From: an uncultured Chitinophagaceae bacterium
GTDB taxonomy: Bacteria > Bacteroidota > Bacteroidia > Chitinophagales > Chitinophagaceae
Direction of reading: 5' to 3'
Assembly (NCBI GenBank): GCA_963759555.1
Contig: CAVWZV010000005.1
Span: forward strand, 71,422-135,421
DNA: 64,000 bases
This document shows, one piece after another, positions 31,632-43,612 of this stretch (its first letter is position 1; each line of letters begins with the position of its first letter). The notes below the pieces were generated by a model. That model saw only the letters and a list, made by a program, of their open reading frames with translations. It was not told where the DNA came from and ran no database searches. The translations under genes and the position numbers were made by a program.

Positions 31632-34433
31632 ATGAAGAAATGTTTTACGTTTCTGTTAGCCGCATTCTTAATTACGTTAACTGCTTCAGCTCAGAAATCC
31701 TCAATAAAAGGAATTATTACAGATACATCAAGTAAACAAAATCTTGCAAACACAACCATTACTTTGCTCCACGCAAAAGATTCTATTTTATATAAGTTTA
31801 CACGAAGCAATGAACGCGGAAGCTTTACGCTTAAAAATCTCGATTCAGGCAAATATGTTTTACTAATATCTTATCCGCAGTATGCCGATTTTGTTGACCA
31901 GTTATCCATAACTGATACTTCGAAAATTGATCTCGGTAAAATATCAATGATATTAAAAGCAAATCTTTTGCAGGATGTAATTGTACGCACAGGCGCTGCT
32001 ATTCGTATTAAAGGTGATACAACCGAATTTGCTGCTGATAGTTTTAAAGTACAACCCAATGCAACTGTTGAAGACCTCTTGAAAAAATTGCCGGGCATAC
32101 AGATAGATAAAAATGGAAACATTACTGCACAAGGCGAAAAAGTACAAAAGGTTTTGGTAGATGGTGAAGAATTTTTTGGTGATGACCCAACACTGGTAAC
32201 ACAAAATTTGCGTGCGGATATGGTTGATAAAGTGCAGTTGTATGATAAGAAAAGTGACCAGGCTGCTTTTACGGGAATTGATGACGGACAAAAGCAAAAG
32301 ACAATTAATTTAAAACTTAAAGACAGCAAAAAGAACGGATATTTTGGAAAGGCAAATTTAAGTGCAGGAACAAACGGCTATCATGACAGCCAGTTAATGT
32401 TTAATGATTTTAAAAACAAACAAAAATTTGCATTTTATGGCATTGTTTCAAATACCGGAACATCTGGTTTAAACTGGCAGGACCAGAATCATATGGTGAT
32501 AATCCATTTGCAAATGCAGATGTAAGCGACAACGGCGGAATTTCTATAAACTTTGATGATAGTAATCTTGACGGACTTGATTTTTGGAGTGGGCAATATA
32601 ATGGGCAGGGCGTTCCGTTGGTGCAAACCGGTGGTTTGCATTATAACAATAAATGGGACGATGATAAGCAATCATTAAACGCTAATTACAAAGCACTTCA
32701 ATTACATGTAAATGGTGAAAGCTCTACACGTTCAGAATTTATTTTGCCTGATACGTTATATTTTAATAACGATAAACAAAATTTTCATAACCAGATTTTA
32801 CGCAACCGTTTAAACGGCACTTATGAATACCAGTTCGATTCTTCATCGTCTTTAAAAATTATGGCAGATGGTGGCATTGATCATAAAATCACCAATCTAA
32901 CAGATTCTTCCGAAGCACGAGCCAGCGACAGTTCTTTAGTTAATAATGCACTTCGCAGAACGTCAACTACGGGCGATAACAAAACACTTAACAGCAATTT
33001 ATTGTGGCGAAAAAAATTTAAAAAGCAGGGCAGAACTATTTCTTTTAATTTAAGGGAAACTTATTCAAACAATTCTTCCACCGGCTTTTTAAATTCAAAC
33101 AATAATTATTATTTAAATGGAGTGTTGGCAAAAGATTCGTTAACCGATCAATTTAAAACAAACAACACAGAAACATTTCTTTCAATTCAAAACTTACCTA
33201 TACAGAGCCTTTAAGCAAAGTGTCTTCCCTTGTTTTTAATTATGGTGTAAACATTAGTAACAGTAAGGCTGTTATTAATTCTTATAACAAAGCAAATCAA
33301 AAGTATACTGCGCTGGATAGCTTGTACAGCAATCATTATTTATTTAATATTCTCACCAACCAGGGTGGTATTGCTTATAGTTTGTTTAAGAAAAAATTAA
33401 GATGAACTTTGGAACAGATATTGGCTATTCTGCTTTTCATCAAACAAATAAATTTAATAATTCATCGCTATACAAGAAAATTTGTGAACTGGTATCCGCA
33501 GTGCAAATGTTTCTTACCAGTTTAAAGCGCAAAGAAGAATATCTCTTTATGTATAATGGTTATACACAGCAGCCTGATATCAATCAAATACAACCGGTTT
33601 TAACCAATACAGATCCGCTAAATATAACTATAGGTAATCCATCTTTAAAGCCAGCTTTTCGAAAATAATCTCTATTTAAGTTTCAGTGATTATAAATGCT
33701 TGAAGGAACGCGGTATTTTTATCAGCTTCAATTCAAGTTTAACGGATAATGCTATCGTAAATAAATCTAATGTAGATAGTTTTGGCAGAACAATTAATCA
33801 ATACGTTAACCTGAATGGTAACAGATCTTTTGGAGGCAATTTTGATTATAGTATTAAATTGAAAAAGCTGGATTTGTATATAAATAGTGGTATAAACATA
33901 AACAGCTAACAGATACGTAAATGTTGTAAATAATCTTTTTAATGTAACAAACAGTAATAATTATACTTTTGGAATAGGGTTTTATAAAGACAAAGAGAAA
34001 AAATATAGTTTTGGTTTAAACCCGTCGGTTACTTACACCACAAGCACCTCATCCATTCAGCAAGATATAAAAACAAATTATTGGTCGTTTGATGTTGACC
34101 CAAATGTTCATATTTATTTTGGGCACAAAGGGAAATATCAAATTCAAACCGATTGCGATTTTAATTTTAAACAAAAAACATCTGTATTCGATAACAATAA
34201 CAATGTGATATTCTGGAATGCATGGATTGGCAAAACATTTTTTAAAGAAAGATGCTTTGCTTGTAAAAATAATTGGTCATGATTTGCTCGATCAAAATAT
34301 TGGTTTTGACAGAACTGTAAACAGCAATTTTATTTCAGAAAATACATACAGCACTATAAAAAGATATTTCCTTTTATCGGTTGTTTGGAACTTTAATAAA
34401 GCCGGAACAAAAGCACCGGGCGGTAATGAATAA
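31632..34433 (+). CDS. Outer-membrane beta-barrel (TonB-dependent receptor-like) protein with carboxypeptidase-regulatory-like N-domain; many frameshifts
   Basis: KGDTTEF, VEDLLKKLPG, VDGEEFFGDDP, YDKKSDQA, GNPSLKPAF, DLLDQN, RYFLLSVVWNF across at least 6 ORF fragments. Confidence 0.8.
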
Positions 34434-34453
34434 AGATTAAATTAGATAAGACT

Positions 34454-35213
34454 ATGAAGTTTGCCATTTATATAATTATTGTTTGTTTGTTTAGTGCAAC
34501 AAATGTGAAAGCACAAAACAGCTATTTTTCTTTCGCAGGGAAGAATAGAGTTTGAAAAAAAAGTAAGCCTTATGGGCAATTATTGATGAACAGATGAGTG
34601 AAAATGAAGATAGCTGGGCTGCTATAGAAAAAAAGATGACTCCCAGGTTTAAAACAACTTATTTTGATCTTGAGTTTAATAACGGTAAAACTTTATATAA
34701 GCCGGGACGAGATAACCCCGAGAACAACAGGATACGTTTTGATCTTCCTGCAGAGGATAACATTGTGTACACGAATTTAAACAGATTCTTTAAGTATTGC
34801 TCAAAAGCATGTTTTTGAGCAAACCTTCCTCGTAAATGATAGCACAAGAAAAATAAAATGGAAGATTACTGATGAAACCCGTAACATAGCCGGTTTTGAT
34901 TGCAGGCGCGCAAACGCAATAGTGATGGATTCAATTTATGTTGTTGCATATTATACAGATCAAATTATCATCAACCGGCGGTCCTGAATCTTTTAATGGC
35001 TTGCCGGGAATGATATTAGGTCTTGCTTTGCCGCATGAACATATTACATGGTTTGCCACAAAAGTTTATACAGATGATATTAGCGATGCTCAGTTAACTG
35101 CTCCAACAAAAGGCAAAAAAACAAATTCAAAAGAATTGCTTAATACTTTACAGGATTTTATGAAAGATTGGGGTGCATGGAGTAAGCCTTATGAAAGAGA
35201 AATTATGCTTTAG
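34454..35213 (+). CDS. GLPGLI family protein; frameshifted
   Basis: Signal peptide from ATG 34454, WKITDETRNIAGFDCRRA, GPESFNGLPGMILG; usual partner downstream of this beta-barrel family. Confidence 0.8.
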
Positions 35214-35232
35214 TTATATCTGAAATTACTCA

Positions 35233-36239
35233 TCAAAATTTCGGACAAGGCAATCCTTTGCTTTCTTCAGCATGTTTTATATAGATAATAGAAATTTCAA
35301 TGCCGCCGCGGCTTTGAGATGCTGATTTTAAACTGGATGTATTTATATCATAAGTAGTACCAATACGCAAATCACCAAATTCCAAACCTACATAAGGAAT
35401 AAATGCATCGCCTAATCTTACCCATGCTCCGCCATAAAAACTGGTAGGTTTATCGCCGTCAGGATCACCTGCAATAAATTGCAATGCGCCGCCAATAAGC
35501 GTTTCCTGTGCACCAGCTTGTGTGCTGAACAATCCGCTTAAATGAACTGTAGTTATAGGGCCAACAGGAAAATATCCGCCTGCATGAAACGTGGCTCTTG
35601 GATACAACTCATAATTAACGCCGGTAAATTCCTGCTTCGGGCGATTAATATGATATAAACTTACACCCGCATACATGTTATTTTTATTTGATGGTGCTCA
35701 CCGTATACAACAATCCTGCATTTACATCAACATAACTTGCTTTAAGTGTTGAATTATTAAACACTTCACTGGTAACACCTGTAAAACCAAAAGGCGTTAA
35801 CTGGTCTTCAAATTTTAAATCCGCAGTATTAATAAGCATGTTTGAATAAGTAACCTGGAAACCTGCACCTAATTGATGAAAACCGTCTTCATCAAGCCCT
35901 TTATGATAAGCTGTTGACAAAGAAAAATAGTTGAACGCAACTGCACCTGCAGCACTTTTGATCTGTATATCCCATAAGCCCAATGCCCCATGTGTCTGTG
36001 TAAGGAATATGGTTAACGAGTATCGGAAAATCTACAGAGGCAGTGCCTGTTATATATGCCCTGTTAATGGTGGGCCACTGATTACGGTAATTTGCTGCCG
36101 CTCTTACAACTCCATCAAACTTACCCGTAAATGCAGGATTTAATGTCATAGGCGAAGAAAAGAATTGTGAGAAGTGTGGATCCTGTGCCCAAACATTTGC
36201 ATAAAGCAGGCTAAAAAATATAAGCAATCGAAATTTCAT
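35233..36239 (-). CDS. PorP/SprF family type IX secretion membrane protein; two frameshifts
   Basis: AQDPHFSQF, LNPAFTG, YRNQW, YHINRP, YDINTSSL, GGIEISI, C-terminal CPKF. Confidence 0.85.
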
Positions 36240-36302
36240 AATGAGTTTTGGGATTCTTTTGTAAATATAGACTGTTGTATAACATATATCGCTGCAATCA
36301 AT

Positions 36303-36956
36303 TCAGAATTGAGACTTTGGTCCGAAGGCAAGATCGCCGGCATCACCTAAGCCGGGAACAATATAGCCTTTAGCAGTTAATTCATCATCGACATCGCCGC
36401 ACCAAATATATATTTTTTCTCCTAATTCTCTTGTTACATATTCTAATCCTGCCGTGGCTGCAATGGCGCAAACAATGTGAATTTCTGATGGCTTACCCTG
36501 GTTTAATAACGCACGTGTTGCCGCCACCGCTGAAGCACCTGTGGCAAGCATAGGATCACAAACAATTAAAATACGGTTGTCTAAGGAAGGGCAGCTTAAA
36601 TATTCAAGACGTATTTCAAAACTGCCGTCTCTGCGGTGTTTGCGGTAAGCTGAAATAAAAGCATTATCGGCTTTATCAAAATAATTTAAAAGCCCATTGT
36701 GTAAAGGAAGTCCGGCGCGTAATATCGTTGCTAACACGGGTTGCGCAAGCAATACTTTGCTGGTATGTATTCCAAGAAGCGTTTGTATTTCCTGTTCATG
36801 CCATAAAAAATTTTTACTTATTTCATAGGCCATTATTTCTCCTATGCGTTCAAGATTGCGCCTGAAACGCATACGGTCGTTTTGTATTTCTACATTTCGC
36901 AATTCACTTATCCATCCGGTAAGCAGGCTGCCCTGCCTGCTTAAATTTGTAATCAT
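36303..36956 (-). CDS. upp: Uracil phosphoribosyltransferase
   Basis: ILRAGL, DPMLATGAS, YIVPGLGDAGD. Confidence 0.95.
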   Translation of the reverse strand: MITNLSRQGSLLTGWISELRNVEIQNDRMRFRRNLERIGEIMAYEISKNFLWHEQEIQTLLGIHTSKVLLAQPVLATILRAGLPLHNGLLNYFDKADNAFISAYRKHRRDGSFEIRLEYLSCPSLDNRILIVCDPMLATGASAVAATRALLNQGKPSEIHIVCAIAATAGLEYVTRELGEKIYIWCGDVDDELTAKGYIVPGLGDAGDLAFGPKSQF

Positions 36957-37094
36957 TTATCGAAGATAAAAGGGTTGTTTCAGTATAAATATGACTTCAT
37001 TTATAATAAATATAAATCCAATAATTTTACGTTGATAAAACTGCTTTAATTAATTAGAAACCCTTACCAGTTTCAATTATAAACCATAACTAAC

Positions 37095-40000
37095 ATGAAT
37101 TCTAAAAATATTTTTCTGCTTGTCTTATGTTTTTTATTTAAAGGCACACAAATTTGTTCAGCACAAAATGCAAATGAAAAAATTTCATTAGACAATATGC
37201 CTGCATTTGTAAAAGAGTTACAACAAGGGTTACCTTCTGCAGAAATAAAGCGTAGCGATCCAAAGTTGTATCAGCATTTACTGAAACGAAGACAAAAACT
37301 TTCTCTTTTATTAATAAATGAAGTAAAGCAGCATAAGTTACCGGAAGCTGCATTACAGTTTTTACAACCACGTTTACCTGTTAATAATAATGTTTCTTCA
37401 AGTTCTTTTACAGATAAAACAACTGAAGGAATTTTTCATTTGGTAAAAGATATTAACCAGGACAAAAGTTCAAATCCTTCGAATAGAAGTAATTATTATC
37501 CCTCCACAAAGGGCTACGCAATATTGAATAAAGTAATTTATTATGCCGCCGATGATGGCATTCATGGAACAGAAATTTGGCGCAGTGATGGAACAGAGAC
37601 CGGCACATATATTCTAAAAAATATAAATCCTGGCAATGCTTCAAGCTATCCCCGTAATATAACTATGTTCAAAAGCAAAATATATTTCTCGGCATTTAGT
37701 GAAGGACGTAGTTATGAATTGTATCAATCCGATGGTACAACAACAGGTACAACTCTTTTAAAAGGTGTGAACGCAGGTTTAGGTAATGTTGCTAATTTAA
37801 CTGCTGCTGACGATAAACTATATTTCACTGCATATGAATCATTGTGGAAAACAGATGGAACAGGAAAAGGAACGGTGTTAGTAAAGGATTTATATGCGTC
37901 ATCAAATGCATTTGATTTACAACAATTGATTAGTTTGAAGGGGAAAGTTTTTTTCACTGCTCAAGATTATTCACACGGCAGAGAGGTATGGTATAGTGAT
38001 GGCACAGCAGATGGCACACATATGATTAAAGATATTAATCCTGATAGTACCAATAGTTTTTTTGATGGTCCAATGAATTTTACTGTTCATATGGATAAAT
38101 TATTTTTTAGTGCTTTTGATGGACACTTAAGAACACTTTGGAAAACTGACGGCAGTGCTAATAACACTAAAAATATTACGCATAATGATGTACAAATTTT
38201 AAGTACCCTGGGTGTGCCAATTGAAAATGATCTGCCATTTGCAATAGCTAAAAATGAAATGTATTTTGCTGGTTATTCTTCGCCTGCCGGAGTTAATCTA
38301 TATAAATACAATTTTAGTACAGGAAATACAACATCGGTAAAAACAACTTTCTTCAAGCGGAGCATATATTCCTTTTTCTAGTGAAAGCATTCGCAGTATG
38401 AACGACAGTATTTATTTTTTATTGTCGGATTTAAATGGAACTAATTGTGATTTATGGAAATCTGATGGCACTTCAACAAATACAAAAATTATTAAATCTT
38501 TTAGTGGTTCGATTGATCCTTATAATTTTTTCACCATTGGCAAAAAACTCTATTTCAATGCGTTTTTTGCAGAAAACGGTAATGAACCATGGATAAGTAA
38601 CGGAACCACTGCCGGCACTAATCTATTAAAAGATATTAACCCGGGAGCTTTTAGTTCTCAGCCTGCAGAATTTACGCAGTGCAATGGTAACATCTATTTT
38701 AGTGCTTATTCGCCTAATGGTGGAATAGAATTGTGGAAAACAGACGGCACAACTGCTAACACTAAACAAGTAAAAGATATTAATGTTACTTCATCAAGTT
38801 CTTCTATACAAAGCAAGTTAATATCGCTTAATGAAAATGAAGTGGTTTTCGCAGCATATACGTCAACAACCGGAACAGAATTATGGAAAAGCAATGGAAC
38901 TGAAGCCGGCACTGTATTAATTAAAGAGTTAATTCCGGGTGAAGCTGGAATTTATCCAACATTTTATGAAAGTAAAAATGGCAAAGTATACTTTACTTTA
39001 TATAACGACACAACAAAATCAGCTGACGTGTATTATACAAATGGCACTCAAACCGGTACAAAAAGAATTGCAACAAATGCCGGTACTTTATATGAAATAG
39101 AGGTTGCAGATAATGGAATTGTTTTTTATGCTTACTATGATTATAATACTTCTCCGACTATACAACTCTGGCGTACGGACAGCACTGGCAATAGTTTTAG
39201 ATTAAGTTTGAATGTTACAAATATTAATGGTGATGAAATAGGAGTAGCTGGAAATATATGTTATTTCGGAGATGGCATGAATGGAAAATTATGGAAAAGT
39301 GACGGGACATTAACAGGTACCAAATTAGTATCAAGTACTGTTTCTAACGCTTGCTGGTATACACCTTTTGAACATAAAATAATATTTATGGCAAATGGTT
39401 ACCCAAGTTATGGTTTATGGATAAGTGATGGCACTGCTGCTGGTACAGTACTGCTAAAAAGTATTATTACAAACTTGAATGCTGGCGCCGCTGTTTTAAG
39501 TAATAAACTATACTTTAGTGGTGAAGGAGAAGTTATATAAAACTAGTGGGACTCCTGAAGGAACAAAACTTCTAAAAGATATCAATCCGGGTTTTGATAA
39601 TTCAAATCCTACAAATTTTACAACCGTAGCAAATTCAATTTGTTTTACTATAACAGGTGTAAACAATCAAACTGAACTTTGGAAAACATCCGGTACTGAG
39701 GCAAGCACACGGTTAATTAAAGTTCTTTCTGCACGCAATCTGGAATCGCACGACCTTAATAATTTTACTGAAGCCGGTGGCAAATTATATTTTATCGATT
39801 CTACTCAACTTTGGGTAAGCGATGGAACAGATACCGGCACACATGTAATAATTGATTCTATCGAATATTACATCAGTAAATTCTTTAGCAGCAGCGGGTA
39901 ACAAATTATTTTATAATGGTAATAGTTATAATTATGGAAATGAGCTTTATGTAAACGATGCTATAGCTAATTTCAATCAGAAAAATAGTGCTATAGCAAA

Positions 40001-40265
40001 AACACTTAACAAACCAACATTCAGTGTGCAATTGCTCGGCAATCCATTTATAAATGATATACGAATAAATATAAGCTCACCGCAAAAACAGGAATTACAA
40101 TTAACTGTAAACAATATTGCGGGCCAAACATTAGTAAGCAAAACAATTGATATAAATACAGGCAGCAACTTAATAACACTTGATGCGACAAAATTTGTAT
40201 ATGGTGTTTATACAATAAACATTTCATCTTCTTCCGGCACTATTAATTTAAAGGCAATAAAATAA
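37095..40265 (+). CDS. ELWxxDGT-repeat beta-propeller protein with T9SS C-terminal sorting domain; about 3 frameshifts
   Basis: More than 12 (E)LW(K/R)(S/T)DGT...(L)KDIN repeats; C-terminal GNPF...N.AGQ...GVY..I...K CTD pattern. Confidence 0.85.
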
Positions 40266-40282
40266 TTTATTTCTTTGCCATT

Positions 40283-41389
40283 ATGGAGTACAGGGTTATT
40301 GGTTTAATGAGCGGTTCATCATTAGATGGATTAGATATTGTTTTTGCAAAGCTGGAAGAAAGTAAAGGCGAATGGAATTATTTAATCGAAGTAAGCAATT
40401 GCTATGATTATAACAATGAGTGGAAAACTGTTTTAGGCAACGCAAAAAATCTTGATGCATATAATTACACGTTACTTCATATAAACTATGGAAAGTTTTT
40501 AGCACAAAAAATCAATCAATTCATTGAAGAAAATAACTTACATCACCAGGTACAATTAATTTCATCTCACGGGCATACGGTTTTTCACGCTCCCGAATTA
40601 AATATGACATCCCAGCTTGGAGATGGTGCAACTATCGCAGCACTTACAGGAATTAATGTTGTAAGCGATTTGCGAAATATAGATGTCGCTTTACATGGAC
40701 AAGGTGCACCAATTGTTCCGCTCGGTGAAAAATTATTGTTTCCCGATTATGATTTTTATTTAAACATTGGCGGCATTGCGAATCTCTCTTTTAAAACAGA
40801 AAAAAAATTTGTTGCGTTTGATGTTTGTGCTGCAAACAGTATTTTAAATATGCTCGCAAAAACAATCGGCCAGGAATTTGATGAAGACGGAAAATCTGCC
40901 GCCGCAGGAAAAATTAATACATCATTATTAAATACATTAAATGCGCTTGATTATTATAAGCATGCATTTCCTAAATCGCTTTCAAATGAGTTTGGGCTGA
41001 ACGTTGTTCATCCGGTTATTCAATCGCAACAAATAGATGCTGCTGATGCACTAAGAACATATGTTGAACATATTGCGCATCAGGTTTTAGAATCAGTTAA
41101 AGCTTTGTCAGGTGATGAACAAGGGCAATATTTAAATAACTATAAGCTCTTAATAACCGGCGGTGGTGCCCTTAATAAATTTTTAGTTGAAATTTTAGAA
41201 AAAAAACTTGCTGCAATAAACGTTGATGTTTTGCTTCCGGAAATTGAAGTGATAAATTATAAAGAGGGGTTAATTATGGCATTGCTGGGCGTATTAAGAT
41301 GGCGGGAAGAAAACACGGTTCTTGCGTCTGTAACAGGCGCTTTACGCAATAGCATCGGCGGTGCGGTTTGGATAGGCCAGGAAGCGTAA
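40283..41389 (+). CDS. anmK: Anhydro-N-acetylmuramic acid kinase
   Basis: IGLMSGSSLDGLD, SHGHTVFH, GQGAPIVP, NIGGIAN, TGGGALN. Confidence 0.93.
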   Translation: MEYRVIGLMSGSSLDGLDIVFAKLEESKGEWNYLIEVSNCYDYNNEWKTVLGNAKNLDAYNYTLLHINYGKFLAQKINQFIEENNLHHQVQLISSHGHTVFHAPELNMTSQLGDGATIAALTGINVVSDLRNIDVALHGQGAPIVPLGEKLLFPDYDFYLNIGGIANLSFKTEKKFVAFDVCAANSILNMLAKTIGQEFDEDGKSAAAGKINTSLLNTLNALDYYKHAFPKSLSNEFGLNVVHPVIQSQQIDAADALRTYVEHIAHQVLESVKALSGDEQGQYLNNYKLLITGGGALNKFLVEILEKKLAAINVDVLLPEIEVINYKEGLIMALLGVLRWREENTVLASVTGALRNSIGGAVWIGQEA

Positions 41390-41438
41390 AATAAGGCATC
41401 ATATAAAAACGTTATTGTGGTTTATCAAACCACCGTTT

Positions 41439-41852
41439 ATGCGAGTATACCTTTGTTTCATTGTTATTTTACTTGGTTCCTGTAACGAAACATTTGACCA
41501 GAAAACTTATGAAGACAATAAGCAAAGTCTTGCATTGAAAGAGCAAACACATCCGCAAACATTTTTAAAGTTAACTTCAAACGATAAAAAAACTTTATTT
41601 GGCGCAACAGTAATCAAAGGAAAAATATTTAATACTGCTTCTGTTTGTGGGTATAAATCTGTGCGGATAAAAATTTTGTGTTACCATAATGGAATTCGGG
41701 TAGAAGAACACGAAGATGTTTTTCCTGATTTAATAATACCCGGGACGAAATCAAATTTTAGAACAAAATATCATCTTCCTAAAAGTACAGACAGTATTTC
41801 GTTATCTGTTATGGCGGCGCTGCCGGTGTTGATGGATACGCTTAATAATTGA
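41439..41852 (+). CDS. Hypothetical lipoprotein
   Basis: Lipobox LGSC; beta-rich C-terminal domain. Confidence 0.65.
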   Translation: MRVYLCFIVILLGSCNETFDQKTYEDNKQSLALKEQTHPQTFLKLTSNDKKTLFGATVIKGKIFNTASVCGYKSVRIKILCYHNGIRVEEHEDVFPDLIIPGTKSNFRTKYHLPKSTDSISLSVMAALPVLMDTLNN

Positions 41853-41890
41853 ATAATATTAACTGGTATAATTACACAAGATGTAATTGC

Positions 41891-42017
41891 AAAAGAAAAT
41901 CCCGCAATAACGCGGGATTTTCTTTTTTGGAAACAATTCCGTAATAGTTTCAACGGGGCTAATTGTTTCTTGGATTTTTTTGGATAATGGATTTCAAGAG
42001 TACTTCTTATTAACAAC
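41891..42017 (-). ncRNA. Putative small RNA, copy 1 (~127 nt)
   Basis: Promoter-like CACCTTTA (42022-42029), 5' GUUGUUAAUAAGAAGUAC, stem GAAACAAUU..CCGU/ACGG.AAUUGUUUC, terminator AAAUCCCGC-GUUAUU-GCGGGAUUUUCUUUU. Confidence 0.7.
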
Positions 42018-42199
42018 AGTGTAAAGGTGCATTGTAATTTTTACACAGTTACAAAGATTAAGTTTTTCAGCTATCCGCATTAGACAAAACTATATATCCG
42101 GCACTATTTTAAATTTCGCCTGTTTGAGAAAAATTCTACATAATTATTGATGTTGGTTTTATCTACTTTAAAATTCTTATATGATATAACGAATGAGGC

Positions 42200-42323
42200 A
42201 AAAAAAATCCCGCAATAAGCGGGACTTTTCTAAAAACAATACCGTAATAGTTTCAACGGGGGCAATTGTTTCTTTGGTTTTTCTTTGGATAATTGAATTT
42301 TAAGTGTACTTCTTATTAACAAC
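42200..42323 (-). ncRNA. Putative small RNA, copy 2 (~124 nt)
   Basis: Same architecture; terminator GUCCCGC-UUAUU-GCGGGAU plus U-tract; CACCTTTA at 42328-42335. Confidence 0.7.
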
Positions 42324-42507
42324 AGTGTAAAGGTGCATTGTATTTTTTACACCTTAATAAAGATTAAGGTTTTCAGGTATCCGCATTAGACTAGATGATC
42401 TATTCGGCACTATTTTAAAACTGGTAAGTACTGATAAAAAAAATTCCACAGTCATTTTTTAAAGGTCATTTTGCTTTGCGGTTTTATAAGTAGCTGTTAT
42501 GGCAGAC

Positions 42508-42623
42508 AAAAAAAATCCCGCAATAAGCAGGATCTTTTAAAACAATACCTTTAGTTCAACGGGGCAATTGTTTCTTGTGGTTTTTCTTTGGATAATTGAA
42601 TTATAGTACTTCTTATTAACAAC
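42508..42623 (-). ncRNA. Putative small RNA, copy 3 (~116 nt)
   Basis: Same architecture; terminator GAUCCUGC-UUAUU-GCGGGAUU (U-G wobble) plus U-tract; CACTTTTG at 42628-42635. Confidence 0.68.
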
Positions 42624-42706
42624 AAGGCAAAAGTGCAACGTGATTTTTACGCATTATAAAAGATTTAGTTATTATGATGCCCAAATAAGACAGTATAGTT
42701 GTTAAC

Positions 42707-43606
42707 CTAAAATACTTCAGCAATCATACACCTGGCACTACCGCCGCCGTTTGTTTCAATTGTTTCAAGATTTGAATAAATAAGCCGGTTAAATTTTACT
42801 AATGAAGCGATTTGTATTGAGGTAAGAGATTGATAAGCCTGTTGAGACATGATAAGCAGTTTTTCTCCTTCTGTATTTTCCAGCTGAAGCATGTTACCGG
42901 CAAAGCAATTCATTTGCTTAAGAGAAATGGGAATTATTTCTTTCGAAGTTTGTTCAATTGTTTTAATTACCTCAACTTTTTCTTCTTCGTTTGTAATGCA
43001 GTCTAAACAGATAACAACAAATTTATCTCCAACGCACATCATTACATTAGTATGATAAATCTGGTTACTACGCTCATCCTTTGCTTCAAAAATGCAGGCA
43101 GTATAATTCATTTTTTTACAAAACACATTAAGTACTTCTTTGTTGGTACGCGGCGATGTACATGCATAAGTAATTCTATTTTCACGATCTAAAACCATGC
43201 TGCCCGTTCCTTCGAGAAAAAGATTTTCGTTTTCAAACCCCGAAAGATCAAGCAGGTTAGTTCTATTCAAATCCTTATTAATAAAATCTTTTACATGCTG
43301 TTTACGTTCTGCACGCCGGTTTTCAGCATACATGGGGTAAAGTATTACGGTGTTGCTCTCATGAAAAGAAATCCAGTTGTTTGGAAAAATTGAATCGGGC
43401 GTATGCGGTTCGGGCGTATCATTAATTACGGTAACATCAATGTAATTTTTTCTAAGCAGTTCAACGAATGTGTCAAATTCTATTAAGGCCTTTTCCTGTG
43501 CATTATCAGCATTGCCCGCTACCTGGAAAAGGTTATTCGCCGCGGTTTCCGCATTGTATGTAAACCCAACCGGGCGTATCATTAAAATTTTATTTGTATT
43601 CTGCAT
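42707..43606 (-). CDS. ctlX: Citrulline utilization hydrolase (amidinotransferase superfamily)
   Basis: LMIRP, TPDSIFPNNW, LEGTGSMVLDR, YHTNVMM, FAGNM, GGGSARCM. Confidence 0.88.
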   Translation of the reverse strand: MQNTNKILMIRPVGFTYNAETAANNLFQVAGNADNAQEKALIEFDTFVELLRKNYIDVTVINDTPEPHTPDSIFPNNWISFHESNTVILYPMYAENRRAERKQHVKDFINKDLNRTNLLDLSGFENENLFLEGTGSMVLDRENRITYACTSPRTNKEVLNVFCKKMNYTACIFEAKDERSNQIYHTNVMMCVGDKFVVICLDCITNEEEKVEVIKTIEQTSKEIIPISLKQMNCFAGNMLQLENTEGEKLLIMSQQAYQSLTSIQIASLVKFNRLIYSNLETIETNGGGSARCMIAEVF

Positions 43607-43612
43607 AATAAA

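Larger units (their letters stand above)
41889..42700 (-). repeat. Three tandem diverged ~300-306 bp units
   Basis: Invariant block GTACTTCTTATTAACAAC ends at 42017, 42323 and 42623; ATCCCGCAATAA, TTCAACGGGG and AATTGTTTCTT recur in all three units. Confidence 0.95.

Noticed and set aside
37400-39900. Recurrent TGGAAAAC/GATGG DNA motifs
   Set aside because: Explained by the ELWxxDGT protein repeats
41771-42016. 81-aa ORF over repeat copy 1 as a toxin or small protein
   Set aside because: TTG start, reads through a terminator, overlaps the convergent gene, and the frame is not preserved in copies 2 and 3
41889-42700. CRISPR array or IS/MITE interpretation of the triple repeat
   Set aside because: Period about 300 bp with similarity across the whole unit, no unique 30-40 nt spacers, no cas or transposase, no terminal inverted repeats seen
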